A DNA stretch of 64,000 nt from an uncultured bacterium (GTDB lineage: Bacteria; Krumholzibacteriota; Krumholzibacteriia; Krumholzibacteriales; Krumholzibacteriaceae): NCBI GenBank assembly GCA_963786935.1, contig CAWBAN010000001.1:160001-224000 (forward strand). Reading direction: 5' to 3'. Below are positions 1-10,161 of this stretch, in pieces. The translations under genes were made by a program, and so were the position numbers. The notes beneath the pieces are model-generated. The model was not told where the DNA came from. It saw only the letters and a list, made by a program, of their open reading frames with translations, and did no database searches. Within the stretch, counting starts at the first letter, position 1. Each line of letters opens with the position of its first letter.

Positions 1-1
1 T

Positions 2-721
2 TACCTCATGGATCTGCCGAAGCGCTACATCGCCGACATCATGCTCGGCGCGACGACCGACACGCAGGACGAGAGCGGGCGGATTCTCAAGACGGGATCG
101 TGGGCGGCCGTGACCAGGGAGGCCGTCGAGGAGGCGCTCGCGCGATTCACGGGAAAGCGTTTCCAGACGCCGCCGATGTACTCGGCGCTCAAGCACAAGG
201 GGACGCCGCTCTACCTGCTCGCGCGCCGCGGCGAGAAGATCGACCGCAATCCGCGCGAGGTCGACACGTACTCGATCACGCTCCTCGATTTCAAGCCGCC
301 CGTCGTGCGCGTCGAGGTGTACTGCTCGCGGGGGCTCTACCTCCGCGTCCTCGCCGAGGAGGTCGGCGACGCGCTCGGCGTCCCCGCGCATCTCGGAACG
401 CTCGTGCGGATGCGCATCGGGCATTTCACCCTCGACGAGGCGTACGCCGACGGCGAGTTCGAGAAGCTGCTCGACGCGGACGAGCCCGGGTACTCCCTCG
501 CCGACGCGGTGGGGCATTTCCCCGCCGTGACCCTCTCCGAGGACCAGTCGCGGGGGCTCTCGCGCGGCATCGTTCCGAAGATGCATCCCGCGGCGCAGGC
601 GGCGCTTCCCGCGCAGGGGGTGCTGCTGCGGCTGCGGCGGCCCGACGGCTCGCTCGGGGCGATCGCGGAGATGGGGCTCGCCGGCCTCGTCCATCTGAGA
701 CGGGTGTTCCGGGAGTCGTAG
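2..721 (+). CDS. truB: tRNA pseudouridine(55) synthase TruB (5'-truncated by window edge)
   Basis: Motifs K-Y...G-ATTDTQD..G, QTPPMYSALK..G.PLY.LARRG, CS.G.Y.R.L; directly upstream of ribF-rpsO-pnp; frame open to window start. Confidence 0.95.
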   Translation, partial: YLMDLPKRYIADIMLGATTDTQDESGRILKTGSWAAVTREAVEEALARFTGKRFQTPPMYSALKHKGTPLYLLARRGEKIDRNPREVDTYSITLLDFKPPVVRVEVYCSRGLYLRVLAEEVGDALGVPAHLGTLVRMRIGHFTLDEAYADGEFEKLLDADEPGYSLADAVGHFPAVTLSEDQSRGLSRGIVPKMHPAAQAALPAQGVLLRLRRPDGSLGAIAEMGLAGLVHLRRVFRES

Positions 722-751
722 GGCGCCGCGGCGCGAAGCGAGCCGGTTCGT

Positions 752-1696
752 ATGGAAGTCATCTCGAATCCGCGCAGTCTCAAGAGCGGCTCGTACGCCG
801 GAACCGCCGTCACGATCGGCGTGTTCGACGGCGTCCACCGGGGGCACACCGAAGTCATCCGGAACCTCGCCGCCGCCAAGCGCGTCGGGGGCCTGAGCGC
901 CTCGATTCTCCTTACCTTCGACTCCCATCCCCTCGCCGTCACGCATCCCGAGATGGCGCCGCCGCTCCTCACGACCCTCCCCGAGAAGCTGCACCTCATC
1001 GAGCGGATGGACGTCGACGTCGCGGTCGTGGAGCGATTCTCCGCGGCGACGGCGGCGATCGACTACCGGGAATACATCGCGGACATGCTCGTCGGCACGC
1101 TCGGCATGAAGCATCTCGTCGTCGGGTACGATTTTCGCCTCGGGCGCGGGAGGGAAGGCTCGCAGGATCGGCTCGTCGACGAGGGGCGCCGGCTCGGATT
1201 CGCCGTCACGATCGTCCCGCCGATGGTGGTGGGGGGAAGCGTGCTCTCGAGCACGAGGATCAGGCGCGATATCGCCGAGCGGCGGCTCGAGCACGCCGCG
1301 CGCTGCCTCGGGCGGCCCTATTTCTTCGAGGCGACGGTCGTGCGGGGAGAGGGGCTCGGCCGCGGCATCGATTTCCCGACGGCGAACGTCGAGATCGCGG
1401 ACCCCGCGAAGCTCATGCCCCCCGCCGGGGTCTACGCGGTCGAGGCCGAGGCCGGCGGCGTCGTTCGCGGCGGGATGATGAACATCGGGACAGCGCCCAC
1501 GCTGCATGTCGACGGAGCGCGCCGCATCGAGGTGCACCTGTTCGATTTCGCGGGGGATCTCTACGGCTCGGCTCTCCGGGTGAGCTGCGTCGGATTTATC
1601 AGGGAGGAGCGGAGATTCGGGAGCGCGCAGCAGCTTCGGGCACAGTTAATGCACGACCGGCAAACGGCTTACGCGATGCTGGAAAAGAAGCATTGA
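752..1696 (+). CDS. ribF: Bifunctional riboflavin kinase/FAD synthetase
   Basis: IGVFDGVHRGH, VVGYDFRLG, SSTRIR, GRGIDFPTAN, IEVHLFDF motifs; truB-ribF-rpsO synteny. Confidence 0.97.
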   Translation: MEVISNPRSLKSGSYAGTAVTIGVFDGVHRGHTEVIRNLAAAKRVGGLSASILLTFDSHPLAVTHPEMAPPLLTTLPEKLHLIERMDVDVAVVERFSAATAAIDYREYIADMLVGTLGMKHLVVGYDFRLGRGREGSQDRLVDEGRRLGFAVTIVPPMVVGGSVLSSTRIRRDIAERRLEHAARCLGRPYFFEATVVRGEGLGRGIDFPTANVEIADPAKLMPPAGVYAVEAEAGGVVRGGMMNIGTAPTLHVDGARRIEVHLFDFAGDLYGSALRVSCVGFIREERRFGSAQQLRAQLMHDRQTAYAMLEKKH

Positions 1697-1720
1697 CAAT
1701 CGCCCCGGATGATGTAGATT
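1693..1720 (+). promoter_or_regulatory. Putative sigma70 promoter for rpsO-pnp
   Basis: TTGACA (1693-1698), 16 nt spacer, TAGATT (1715-1720). Confidence 0.6.
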
Positions 1721-1831
1721 CTAGGTCTTATAGAATCGAAGAAGGCACGCAGCCACTTTGAAGCGGATCGGGCCTCTCCGTTCTGCTGCCATCGTGATAT
1801 CTCATCACAGGTGCAAGGAGGTGCATGAACG

Positions 1832-2101
1832 ATGGCGCTGCCGAAGGAAGTGAAAAAGGGAGTCATTACCAAGTTCCAGGTTCACGAGAGAGATTCAGGT
1901 TCCCCGGAAGTCCAGATCGCTCTTCTCACGGAACGCATCAATCAGCTCAGCAAGCATTTCGAGGTTCACAAGAAAGACTTCGCCTCGAAGCGGGGCTTGC
2001 TGAAACTGGTGAGCCAGCGGCGGAAGCTCCTCGATTATCTCAAGAACAACAAGATCGACAAGTATCGAGCGATCATCAAGGATCTGAATATCAGGAAGTA
2101 G
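1832..2101 (+). CDS. rpsO: 30S ribosomal protein S15
   Basis: 89 aa, [45 protein letters not shown] upstream. Confidence 0.99.
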   Translation: MALPKEVKKGVITKFQVHERDSGSPEVQIALLTERINQLSKHFEVHKKDFASKRGLLKLVSQRRKLLDYLKNNKIDKYRAIIKDLNIRK

Positions 2102-2194
2102 CCCCCGGTTCCCGGCCGAGCGTACGAACGCTTCCGTGGCATCGCGGACGGCTCTTTATTCGGATGGTAACACAGTATGGAGGCTCATTCTCGA

Positions 2195-4267
2195 ATGGTG
2201 AAAAAGAATTGGGATCTCGAGGGAAAGAATCTTTTCTTCGAGACCGGCAGAATGGCGAAGCAGGCCGACGGGGCGGTCCTCGTCGGGATCAACAGCACCG
2301 TCGTGCTCGTGACCGCGGTGGCCGCGAAGGACAAGGAAGTAGATAAGGATTTCTTCCCGCTCAGCGTCGAGTATCGCGAGAAGTTCTACGCCGCGGGTAA
2401 GATTCCCGGCGGCTTTTTCAAGCGCGAGGGGCGCCCCGGCGAGAAGGAAACGCTCGGCGCGCGCATGATCGACCGGCCCATCCGGCCGCTCTTCCCCGAC
2501 ACGTTCCGGTACGAGGTGCAGGTCGCGTGCAGCGTGCTGTCGAGCGATCAGCAGCTCCCGTCCGACGTCCTCGGCATCACGGGGGCCTCGTTGGCGCTCG
2601 CGCTCTCGGATATCCCCTTCGGGGCGATTCTGAGCGGCGTGCGGGTCGGCATGAAGGACGGGAAATTCATCGCGAATCCGACTTTTCAGGAGCTCGACGA
2701 GGGAGCGATCGACATCGTGGTCGCGGGCTCGGACGACGCGATCCTCATGGTCGAGGGGGGCGCGAAGGAGATCTCCGAGACCGTGCTCCTCGAAGCCCTC
2801 GAATTCGCGCACGCGAATATCAAGCTGATCAACGCGTGGCAGCGGGAGTTCCTCGCCGCGTGCGCGCCGAAGGCGAAGCGCCCGTACGCGAAGCTGGAGA
2901 TAAACGCCGAGCTCGAGGCGAAGCTGCGCTCGGAGTACCTGTCCCCGATCGACAAGGCAGCGCGGATCACGATCAAGCTCGATCGCCAGAACGCCTTGAG
3001 CGATCTGTTCGCCGGCGCGTCGGCCAAATACGCCGAGTCGTACCCCGACAGCGAGAAGCAGTTCAAGAAGATCATGGAGCAGATGGAACGCGAGGTCGTG
3101 CGGAAGATGATCCTCGACGAGAAGCGCCGGTGCGACGGCCGCGGCACCGCCGACATCAGGAACATCACGTGCGAGATCGGCGTGCTGCCCCGGACCCACG
3201 GGAGCGCGCTGTTCACGCGCGGCGAGACCCAGAGCCTCGTCGTGACGACGCTCGGCACCGCGCAGGACGAGCAGCGCATGGACGAGCTCTCCGGAGAGTC
3301 GTTCAAGAGCTACATGCTGCACTACAACTTCCCGCCCTTCAGCGTCGGCGAGGTCGGCCGTTTCAGCGGGCCGGGGCGCCGCGAAATCGGCCACGGCATG
3401 CTCGCCGAGCGGGCGATCGAGCCGGTCATTCCGGCCGACGAGCATTTCCCCTACACGATCAGGGTCGTCTCCGACATCCTCGAGTCCAACGGCTCGAGCT
3501 CGATGGCGACCGTCTGCGGCGGCAGCCTCGCCCTCATGGACGCCGGCGTGCCGATCAGGAAGCCCGTGGCGGGCGTCGCCATGGGGCTCGTCAAGGAAGG
3601 GGACCGCGTCGCGATTCTCACCGACATCCTCGGGCTCGAGGATCACGACGGCGACATGGACTTCAAGGTGGCCGGCACGCGCGACGGCATCACCGCCTTC
3701 CAGATGGACGTCAAGATCGCCGGCATCCCGCGCGCGATCATGGAGCCCGCCCTCGAGCAGGCGCGCCAGGCGCGGATGAAGATACTCGATATCATGACCG
3801 GCACGATCGCCGAGGCGCGGAAGGAAATCTCCCCGTACGCGCCGAAGATCGTCCAGATCAAGATCCCCGTCGACAAGATCCGCGACGTCATCGGGCCGGG
3901 AGGGAAGATGATCCGGCACATCCAGGACGTCTCCGGCGCCAAGATCCAGGTCGAGGACGACGGAACCGTCGAGATCGCCGCCGTCGATCAGGCGGCGGGG
4001 GACAAGGCCCTCGATATGATCCGCGGGCTCACCGAGGAGCCCGAGGTCGGCAAGACCTACAAGGGCGTCGTGCGCGGCATCCAGGTCTTCGGCGCCTTCG
4101 TCCAGATCCTCCCCGGGAGGGACGGGTTGCTGCACATATCAGAGATCGCCCGGCATCGCGTTGCGAAGGTCGAAGACGAGCTGAAGCTCGGCGACGAGAT
4201 CGAGGTCAAGGTCATCGGCATCGACAAGGACGGCAAGGTGAAGCTGAGCCGGAAGGCCCTGCTCTAG
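2195..4267 (+). CDS. pnp: Polyribonucleotide nucleotidyltransferase
   Basis: FFPLSVEY, RREIGHG, ESNGSSSMA, GDMDFKVAG, KH and S1 domains; start at 2195 (alternative 2177). Confidence 0.99.
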   Translation: MVKKNWDLEGKNLFFETGRMAKQADGAVLVGINSTVVLVTAVAAKDKEVDKDFFPLSVEYREKFYAAGKIPGGFFKREGRPGEKETLGARMIDRPIRPLFPDTFRYEVQVACSVLSSDQQLPSDVLGITGASLALALSDIPFGAILSGVRVGMKDGKFIANPTFQELDEGAIDIVVAGSDDAILMVEGGAKEISETVLLEALEFAHANIKLINAWQREFLAACAPKAKRPYAKLEINAELEAKLRSEYLSPIDKAARITIKLDRQNALSDLFAGASAKYAESYPDSEKQFKKIMEQMEREVVRKMILDEKRRCDGRGTADIRNITCEIGVLPRTHGSALFTRGETQSLVVTTLGTAQDEQRMDELSGESFKSYMLHYNFPPFSVGEVGRFSGPGRREIGHGMLAERAIEPVIPADEHFPYTIRVVSDILESNGSSSMATVCGGSLALMDAGVPIRKPVAGVAMGLVKEGDRVAILTDILGLEDHDGDMDFKVAGTRDGITAFQMDVKIAGIPRAIMEPALEQARQARMKILDIMTGTIAEARKEISPYAPKIVQIKIPVDKIRDVIGPGGKMIRHIQDVSGAKIQVEDDGTVEIAAVDQAAGDKALDMIRGLTEEPEVGKTYKGVVRGIQVFGAFVQILPGRDGLLHISEIARHRVAKVEDELKLGDEIEVKVIGIDKDGKVKLSRKALL

Positions 4268-4276
4268 CCGCAACAC

Positions 4277-5536
4277 ATGCTGAGGTTGCCCGCTCCGCAC
4301 AAGGTGCCGCTCTCGTCGGGGGCGATGCTGCTCCACCAGCGCAATCCGTTCTCGCCCACGGTCGCCTTCGGCGTGTGGATTTCCGGCGGCTCGAGCCGCG
4401 AGGACGAGACGGAACGCGGGCTCTCCCATCTCCTCGAACACGTCGTGTTCCGCGGCACCGAGAGCCGCGACGCGCTCGCGCTCGCGTACGATCTCGAATC
4501 GATCGGCGGACAGTACGACGCCTTCACGGGGAAAGAGGCGACGTGCTACCACGCGAAGGTCCTCGACGAGCATTTCGAGAAGCTCGCCGACATCCTCGCC
4601 GACATCACGTGCCGCCCGACCATACCGGTCGAAACCTTCAAGCTCGAGAAGAACGTCGTCCAGGAGGAGATCAGGAGCATCAACGATTCCCCCGAGGAGC
4701 TCGCCCACGAGCTCTTTTACGCCACGCTCTTCAAGAAGCATCCGCTCGGCCATCCCGTGACCGGGTATCTCGCCGACATCGCCCGCTACTCGCGCGACGA
4801 CCTCTTCGCGTTTCACCGCAAGACCTACACGGCGGCCGACACGCTGCTCGCGTTCGTCGGCAACCTGCCGATCGACCGGGTCGTCTCCATCGTCGAGGAC
4901 CGTTTCCGCTTCCCCCGCCGGCGCGACCGCGCGCGGAAACGGGCGCTCGTCGAGAACGCGAACCGCGTGTCTTCACGGACGCGCGACGAATGGGCGCAGT
5001 CGCACGTCTGCGTGGGCTCGCGGACCGTGTCCGCCTCCCACGAGGACCGTCACGCGCTCGTCGTCATCGCGAACATACTCGGGGGCGGCGCCACGTCGCG
5101 CCTCTTCCAGAGCCTGCGCGAGAAGACCGGGCTCGCGTACTCCGTGTACTCGCACGTGAGCTTCTGGAAGGAATCGGGCACGCTGTGCAGCTTCTTCTCC
5201 GTCGATTCGAAGAATCTCGCGCGCGCCCTCGACAAGCTGCACGCCGAGCTCCGCGACCTGCGGGAGGGAGGCGTGCGGGACGAGGAGATCGAGAGCGCGA
5301 AGGCGCAGGTGAAGGCGAGCATCGTCTTCGGCGTCGAGAGCATCGAGAACAGGCTCTTCCAGTGCATCCAGAGCGAGTATTTCCACGGGCGGTACGTGCG
5401 CTTCGACGAGCTGCTCCGCGCGATCGAGCGGGTGGACCGCCGCGCCGTTACCGAGGCCTCCGAACGCTATCTCGCGGAGGACGTCCTGACGTACGCCGCG
5501 TGCGGGAGAATGGGGATCAAGGGGCTCGTGCCCTGA
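4277..5536 (+). CDS. M16 (pitrilysin-family) zinc peptidase
   Basis: Inverted zincin HLLEH, SRLFQSLREKTGLAYSV; common position downstream of pnp. Confidence 0.92.
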   Translation: MLRLPAPHKVPLSSGAMLLHQRNPFSPTVAFGVWISGGSSREDETERGLSHLLEHVVFRGTESRDALALAYDLESIGGQYDAFTGKEATCYHAKVLDEHFEKLADILADITCRPTIPVETFKLEKNVVQEEIRSINDSPEELAHELFYATLFKKHPLGHPVTGYLADIARYSRDDLFAFHRKTYTAADTLLAFVGNLPIDRVVSIVEDRFRFPRRRDRARKRALVENANRVSSRTRDEWAQSHVCVGSRTVSASHEDRHALVVIANILGGGATSRLFQSLREKTGLAYSVYSHVSFWKESGTLCSFFSVDSKNLARALDKLHAELRDLREGGVRDEEIESAKAQVKASIVFGVESIENRLFQCIQSEYFHGRYVRFDELLRAIERVDRRAVTEASERYLAEDVLTYAACGRMGIKGLVP

Positions 5537-5549
5537 AACGGGGGCTCGC

Positions 5550-5999
5550 ATGGACGAACGCGTCCGGATCAAGATCCGCTACCTCGAGCACCACGAGGGG
5601 CTGCCGCCGCTGGCCCGCCAGACGCCCGGATCGAGCGGTTTCGATCTCAACGCGGCGTGCGCCGGCGAGATCCGCGTCGCACCGGGCGCGACGGCCCTCG
5701 TCCCCGCCGGTTTCCAGATCGCGATTCCCCCGGGATACGAGGCGCAGGTGCGCCCCCGGAGCGGGCTCGCGCTCAGGAGCGGCATCGGTCTCCTCAACGC
5801 GCCGGGGACGGTGGACGGCGACTACCGGGGGGAAGTCTGCGTCATCCTCCACAACTTCGGGACGGCCGATTTCGTCGTGCGCCGGGGGGACCGGATCGCG
5901 CAGCTCGTCATCTCCCCGCTGCCCCCCGTCGAGCTCGTCGAGGAGGACGTCCTCGACCAGACCGACCGCGGCTCCGGCGGATTCGGCCACACGGGATAA
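5550..5999 (+). CDS. dut: dUTP diphosphatase
   Basis: GFDL, QVRPRSGLA, GTVDGDYRGE, GDRIAQLV, RGSGGFGHTG motifs. Confidence 0.98.
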   Translation: MDERVRIKIRYLEHHEGLPPLARQTPGSSGFDLNAACAGEIRVAPGATALVPAGFQIAIPPGYEAQVRPRSGLALRSGIGLLNAPGTVDGDYRGEVCVILHNFGTADFVVRRGDRIAQLVISPLPPVELVEEDVLDQTDRGSGGFGHTG

Positions 6000-6011
6000 G
6001 GAAACGCCGCC

Positions 6012-6875
6012 ATGGCGCGCCGCCGCTCACACGGGCTCTCCGGCCGGGACGAATCCAGCGCGACGATTCCCCGGGTGCTCGCGTATCACAAGGTGACCGG
6101 CTTCGAGCTCGGCGGGACGTGGGTGCCGCCGGAACGGTTCGAGCGCCAGATCGACGCCCTCCTCGACGCGGGATTCCGTTTCATCGACGAGACGGCGTTT
6201 CTCGACTCCCTCGACGGGCGGCGGGAATCGTCGGGCCGCGAGATCCTGCTCACCTTCGACGACGGGTACCGCGTGCTCCTCGACCGCGCGGTTCCCGCGC
6301 TCGAATCGAGGCGCATCCCCGCGCTCGTTTTTCTCGTGACCGCGTTCGCCGGCCGCCGCAACTCGTGGGAGCTCGACCTGCCGGGGCGGCATTTCACGCA
6401 TCTCGCGTGGGACGAGATCCGGGATCTCGGGAAACGGGGATTCGCGTTCGGCTCGCACGCGCGGACGCACCCCGACCTCACGCGCCTCTCCGCCGAAGAT
6501 CTCCGCGACGAGATCGCCGGCTCGAAGGGCGAGATCGAGAGCGCTCTCGGCGGTTCCGTCCGCACCTTCTCGTATCCGTACGGCAGGGTGAACGATCTCG
6601 TGCGCCGGGAGACCGAGCGGGCGGGCTACCGGGCGGCGTTCACGCTGTATCCGCCTCGTTCGGCGCGCCGCGACCGGTACGCCCTGCGCCGCGAGGGGAT
6701 CTGGGTGATCGATTCGGTGGGAAACATCAAGGCGAAGCTCGGGACGGGATGGCCGTTTCTGTTCGAGGATTTCAAGGGACGGATGATCAACGCCGCGGCC
6801 GTATTCACGCCGCTTCTCAAGAACGGATTCCGCCGAGCGAATACGACTTCCCCTCGCTCCCGACGCGGTAGCTGA
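6012..6875 (+). CDS. Polysaccharide deacetylase (NodB/CE4) family protein
   Basis: LAYHKV, LTFDDGY, GSHARTHPDL, FSYPYG motifs. Confidence 0.9.
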   Translation: MARRRSHGLSGRDESSATIPRVLAYHKVTGFELGGTWVPPERFERQIDALLDAGFRFIDETAFLDSLDGRRESSGREILLTFDDGYRVLLDRAVPALESRRIPALVFLVTAFAGRRNSWELDLPGRHFTHLAWDEIRDLGKRGFAFGSHARTHPDLTRLSAEDLRDEIAGSKGEIESALGGSVRTFSYPYGRVNDLVRRETERAGYRAAFTLYPPRSARRDRYALRREGIWVIDSVGNIKAKLGTGWPFLFEDFKGRMINAAAVFTPLLKNGFRRANTTSPRSRRGS

Positions 6876-7959
6876 GCCCTGCGGCGCGCGCTTTCCCGCA
6901 GATCTTCCCCGACAGGAGTCCGTTCGAAACGAGCGTCTCGATTCCCGACGGGTACGTTCCCCTGACGGCGAAATGCTCCTCGAGCGCCTCGCGGACGGCC
7001 GCCTCGACGAGGCGGGATTCGAGCGCCCCGAGCGTCGGGGCCACCGACGCGGCGCCCGCGGCGCGCGCTTCGGGGGCCGCGCTCCGATGGACGAAGGCCC
7101 ATCCGGGCGCCAGCACGCGGGGCGCGACGAGCTCGCCGAAGGCGACGCTCCCGACGAGCGCGAGCGCGGCGGCGACGGCGACGACGGGCAGACGCCTCGG
7201 TTCCCGCTCCTCCGCCTCGTCGGCTTCGTCTTCGCCGGTCTCCGCGCTCTCCTCGACCATGAGGACCTGGAGGAGCCCCTTTTCGAGCAGGCTCTTGAGC
7301 GCCTCGTACGTGTTGAAACGGGACATCCGCGCTTTCGGCACGATCTCGGCGATGCTCAGGGGGCTCTCGAGCAGATCGTAGACGAAATCCTCGAGCTCCT
7401 CGGTCTGCGCCGCGCCGTCGGGCGCCGGGAGGCGCTTCACGATCGTCCGCTCCGACGGGAAGATCCGCCGGAGCTCCGGGAACTCGTCGATCCGCCGCAT
7501 GCTCTCCATGAGGAGCCCTTCGACCTTGAAGGAGCCGAACGAGTTGACGCCTTGCAGCACCTGGCTGCCGATGATGAATTTGTACTGGCTGCGCGGCCAG
7601 TTGAGGACCTCCTCGATCGTCTCCTGGATCTGGTCGGCGAAGATGGTCCGGAGCTCGTCTTCGGAGAATTTCTTCTCCGAGAGGAGGATGTCGGTGAGGT
7701 CGAGGTTCGACTCGGCCTGAATCTGCTGGATGCGGTCCATCTCCTCGGGGCTGATGAACCCGTACCTGAGGAGGTAGATTTTGAACGGATCCTCGGCGAG
7801 CTTGCGGCGGTCTCTCGTGGAGATCACCAGCCCCTCGCGGAAGTAGATGACCATCGTCCGCTCGCCGGTGATGGAGAGCATCCCCGTCTTTTTCTGGAGG
7901 GCGATGAGCTGCAGAATCTCGCTCAGGCCGAAATCGCGTGCATTTCCCTCTAATGCCAT
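6817..7959 (-). CDS. DUF4388 (PatA-N-like) domain membrane protein with pseudopilin-G-like C-terminal tail
   Basis: N-terminus MALEGNARDFGLSEILQLIALQKKTGML..YFREG, LLMESMRRIDE; one TM segment; C-terminal ALEEHFAVRGTYPSGIETLV. Confidence 0.75.
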   Translation of the reverse strand: MALEGNARDFGLSEILQLIALQKKTGMLSITGERTMVIYFREGLVISTRDRRKLAEDPFKIYLLRYGFISPEEMDRIQQIQAESNLDLTDILLSEKKFSEDELRTIFADQIQETIEEVLNWPRSQYKFIIGSQVLQGVNSFGSFKVEGLLMESMRRIDEFPELRRIFPSERTIVKRLPAPDGAAQTEELEDFVYDLLESPLSIAEIVPKARMSRFNTYEALKSLLEKGLLQVLMVEESAETGEDEADEAEEREPRRLPVVAVAAALALVGSVAFGELVAPRVLAPGWAFVHRSAAPEARAAGAASVAPTLGALESRLVEAAVREALEEHFAVRGTYPSGIETLVSNGLLSGKICGKARAAGLSYRVGSEGKSYSLGGIRS

Positions 7960-9962
7960 TTCGATCCCTTCTCGATCGCGCCGATGGGCGCGCCCTCGCC
8001 CGCGCGCGGCTTCGCCGGGCCCGGCGCCCCCGCCGCTTCATCTCTCGAGTGAACCGCGGTCGGCCCCTTCGGACCCGGATCGGTCCACGGTTCGGCCGGC
8101 ACGTCCTCGAAATCGCGTTTCTTCGCCGTGTCGCGCTCCTGCAGCCGCATCTCCGGCGGGAAGATCCGGTAGTTCCGCGGCTCGAGCGGGGCCCTCACGC
8201 GGAGGGAGGCGACGTACGCGGCGCAGAGCGCGGCGATCGGCACGAGCGTCTCCCAGAGCGGCCGGCCGAATCCCGCCGCGCCCGGATCCTTGAAATAAGC
8301 TCCGTTCCAGACGAGCGCGGCGATGGCGCCGGCGCCGAGGAGCGAGAGCGCGACGGCGTCAGCGGTCCGCTCGAAGTACAGGTGCGCCGCGCCGGGGAAC
8401 AGTATCGTCCGGCGCCGGTGCGACCGCTGCCGCGCGCCGGCGATGCGCTGCCGTCTCGATCGCAGGAGCGCTTCCATGACCTTGACGCTGTTCAGATCCT
8501 TGATGACCGCCGCGCACTCCCGGCAGAGGAGAATTCCCGCCACTTCGCTCTCGCACCGGGAGCAGGCGGCGCTGCCGCAGTTCTCGCAGCGTTCGACGTT
8601 CCACGCCTCGGGGAGCTGCCACGCGATGATGAGCGCCGCGCAGAGCGCGACGGCGAAGAGCACCCACAGCAGATGGAACGGGAAAAGCAGGTAGGGGCGA
8701 AGCATCTCGCTCATGAGGACGCCGTTTCTCGTTTTCCCTTCGGCGCGCGCGAACACCCAGAGGGCGCGCGTCTCGAATCCCGCCTCGTAGACGGGCGGAT
8801 TCCTGAGGCCGATCGTCGGGTGGGCGGCGCGGAACGCCTCGATGCCGAGGGTGTTGGCCCGCTCGAGCCAATCGCCCGACTGCGCGAACAGCATCTTCTT
8901 GATGTACGCCTGACCGATGTTGTAGTGCGCGACGGCGCTCGTCGAATCGAGCTCGACCGCGCTCTGGTATCCCGCGACCGCCTTGTCGTAATCCCCCTGC
9001 ATGAAGTAGACGTTGCCGAGGTTCACGAACGCGGGGGCGAACGATCGGTCGAGCGAGACCGATTCGAGCAGGTACGCCTGCGCGTCGGCGTAGCGTCCGC
9101 ACCGGTACATCATCGTGCCGAGGGCGAACGCGCGCTCCGGACGCAGGCGATTGTCCTCGATCGCGCGGATGCGCGCGACGCATTCCTCACTGCCGCCGCG
9201 CCGGTTGACGAGGGAGAGGCGGCTCGTGACGCTCCACGGATCGATCGCCGGCGCGAGCGCGTTCGAGCGCGGCGCGAGGTACGAAGCCGCGGAGAGCAGG
9301 ATGAGGAACGCGAGAACCGTTCCCTTCTCGCGCCTGCTCATGAAGGCCCAGAGCGCGACGACGAGGATCGCGATGTAGAGCGCGACGCCGAGCCTCATGG
9401 CGGCGAGCGAGACGACGATGACGCCGATGATCCACCGCGCCGGGGGGAACGAGCAGCGATGCTCGAACGCCTCGACGATCTTGTGGTCGATGAGCTGCCA
9501 GTACTTGACGAGCAGCGCCGCGAGCACCGCCAGCAGCGCCACGATGAGCGTCAGGATCGTGAACGCGGCCGCGTTCGCCGCGAGCATCGCCTGGGACGGA
9601 TAGCTCACGGCCAGGCGCCTGCATCCCTCGATCGCGTACGGGAGGAAGTCGGGGCTCGCCGAGAGGAGCTTGATCCGCGTGAGCGTGAAGAGCGGCGCCG
9701 CGTAATCGCCGGTGAGGTTCGCCGCGAGCTCGAGCTTTTGCTCCGCGTCGTCCTTCCTGCCGTCGCGCAGGAGCTGAAGCGCCTCGCGGTGCAGCGCCCT
9801 CGAGACCACGGGTATCGAGGGGGCTCCGGCGGCGAGCTCGCGCTCGGCGTACGCCCTGAGGTTCGAGTTGGTGATCGCGTCGAGCGATTCGGCCCCGGCG
9901 TCCGTGCAGATTGCAAGGGCGCACAGAACGGCGATGGAGAATGCTATTCTTCTATGCGACAT
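7950..9962 (-). CDS. TPR-containing integral membrane protein with Cys cluster
   Basis: Signal-like N-terminus, several TM helices, TPR units (AFVNLGNVYFMQGDYDKAVAGY, AHYNIGQAY), CENC-x4-CSRC-x9-CREC; start at 9962 inferred (alternative 9989). Confidence 0.75.
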   Translation of the reverse strand: MSHRRIAFSIAVLCALAICTDAGAESLDAITNSNLRAYAERELAAGAPSIPVVSRALHREALQLLRDGRKDDAEQKLELAANLTGDYAAPLFTLTRIKLLSASPDFLPYAIEGCRRLAVSYPSQAMLAANAAAFTILTLIVALLAVLAALLVKYWQLIDHKIVEAFEHRCSFPPARWIIGVIVVSLAAMRLGVALYIAILVVALWAFMSRREKGTVLAFLILLSAASYLAPRSNALAPAIDPWSVTSRLSLVNRRGGSEECVARIRAIEDNRLRPERAFALGTMMYRCGRYADAQAYLLESVSLDRSFAPAFVNLGNVYFMQGDYDKAVAGYQSAVELDSTSAVAHYNIGQAYIKKMLFAQSGDWLERANTLGIEAFRAAHPTIGLRNPPVYEAGFETRALWVFARAEGKTRNGVLMSEMLRPYLLFPFHLLWVLFAVALCAALIIAWQLPEAWNVERCENCGSAACSRCESEVAGILLCRECAAVIKDLNSVKVMEALLRSRRQRIAGARQRSHRRRTILFPGAAHLYFERTADAVALSLLGAGAIAALVWNGAYFKDPGAAGFGRPLWETLVPIAALCAAYVASLRVRAPLEPRNYRIFPPEMRLQERDTAKKRDFEDVPAEPWTDPGPKGPTAVHSRDEAAGAPGPAKPRAGEGAPIGAIEKGSKWH

Positions 9963-10161
9963 AACCTTTTGTCCGGTCGCCAGTTTCATCGATTATCGAG
10001 AGGCCGCGAGCCCTGCTCGTGCCGCCCCTTCACTCTTTGGAGCAAACATCGGCAAAAACCGTGCCGCGCGCGGCACGCCTCGCGCTCCCAATTTCCGATT
10101 TACAAGGACCTTGCGAGGTGTTACATAAGGATTGTCAACAGGCTCGAGAAGGGAGCGCTCC

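Noticed and set aside
2156..6096. Long alternative-frame and antisense ORFs (2156-4135, 2527-6096) over pnp/M16/dut
   Set aside because: Arg/Ala/Pro-rich shadow ORFs expected from high-GC codon bias; they overlap well-supported genes
10119..10140. Imperfect palindrome and reverse TTGACA in the divergent TPR/asnS gap
   Set aside because: No matching -10 box at correct spacing; too weak to call
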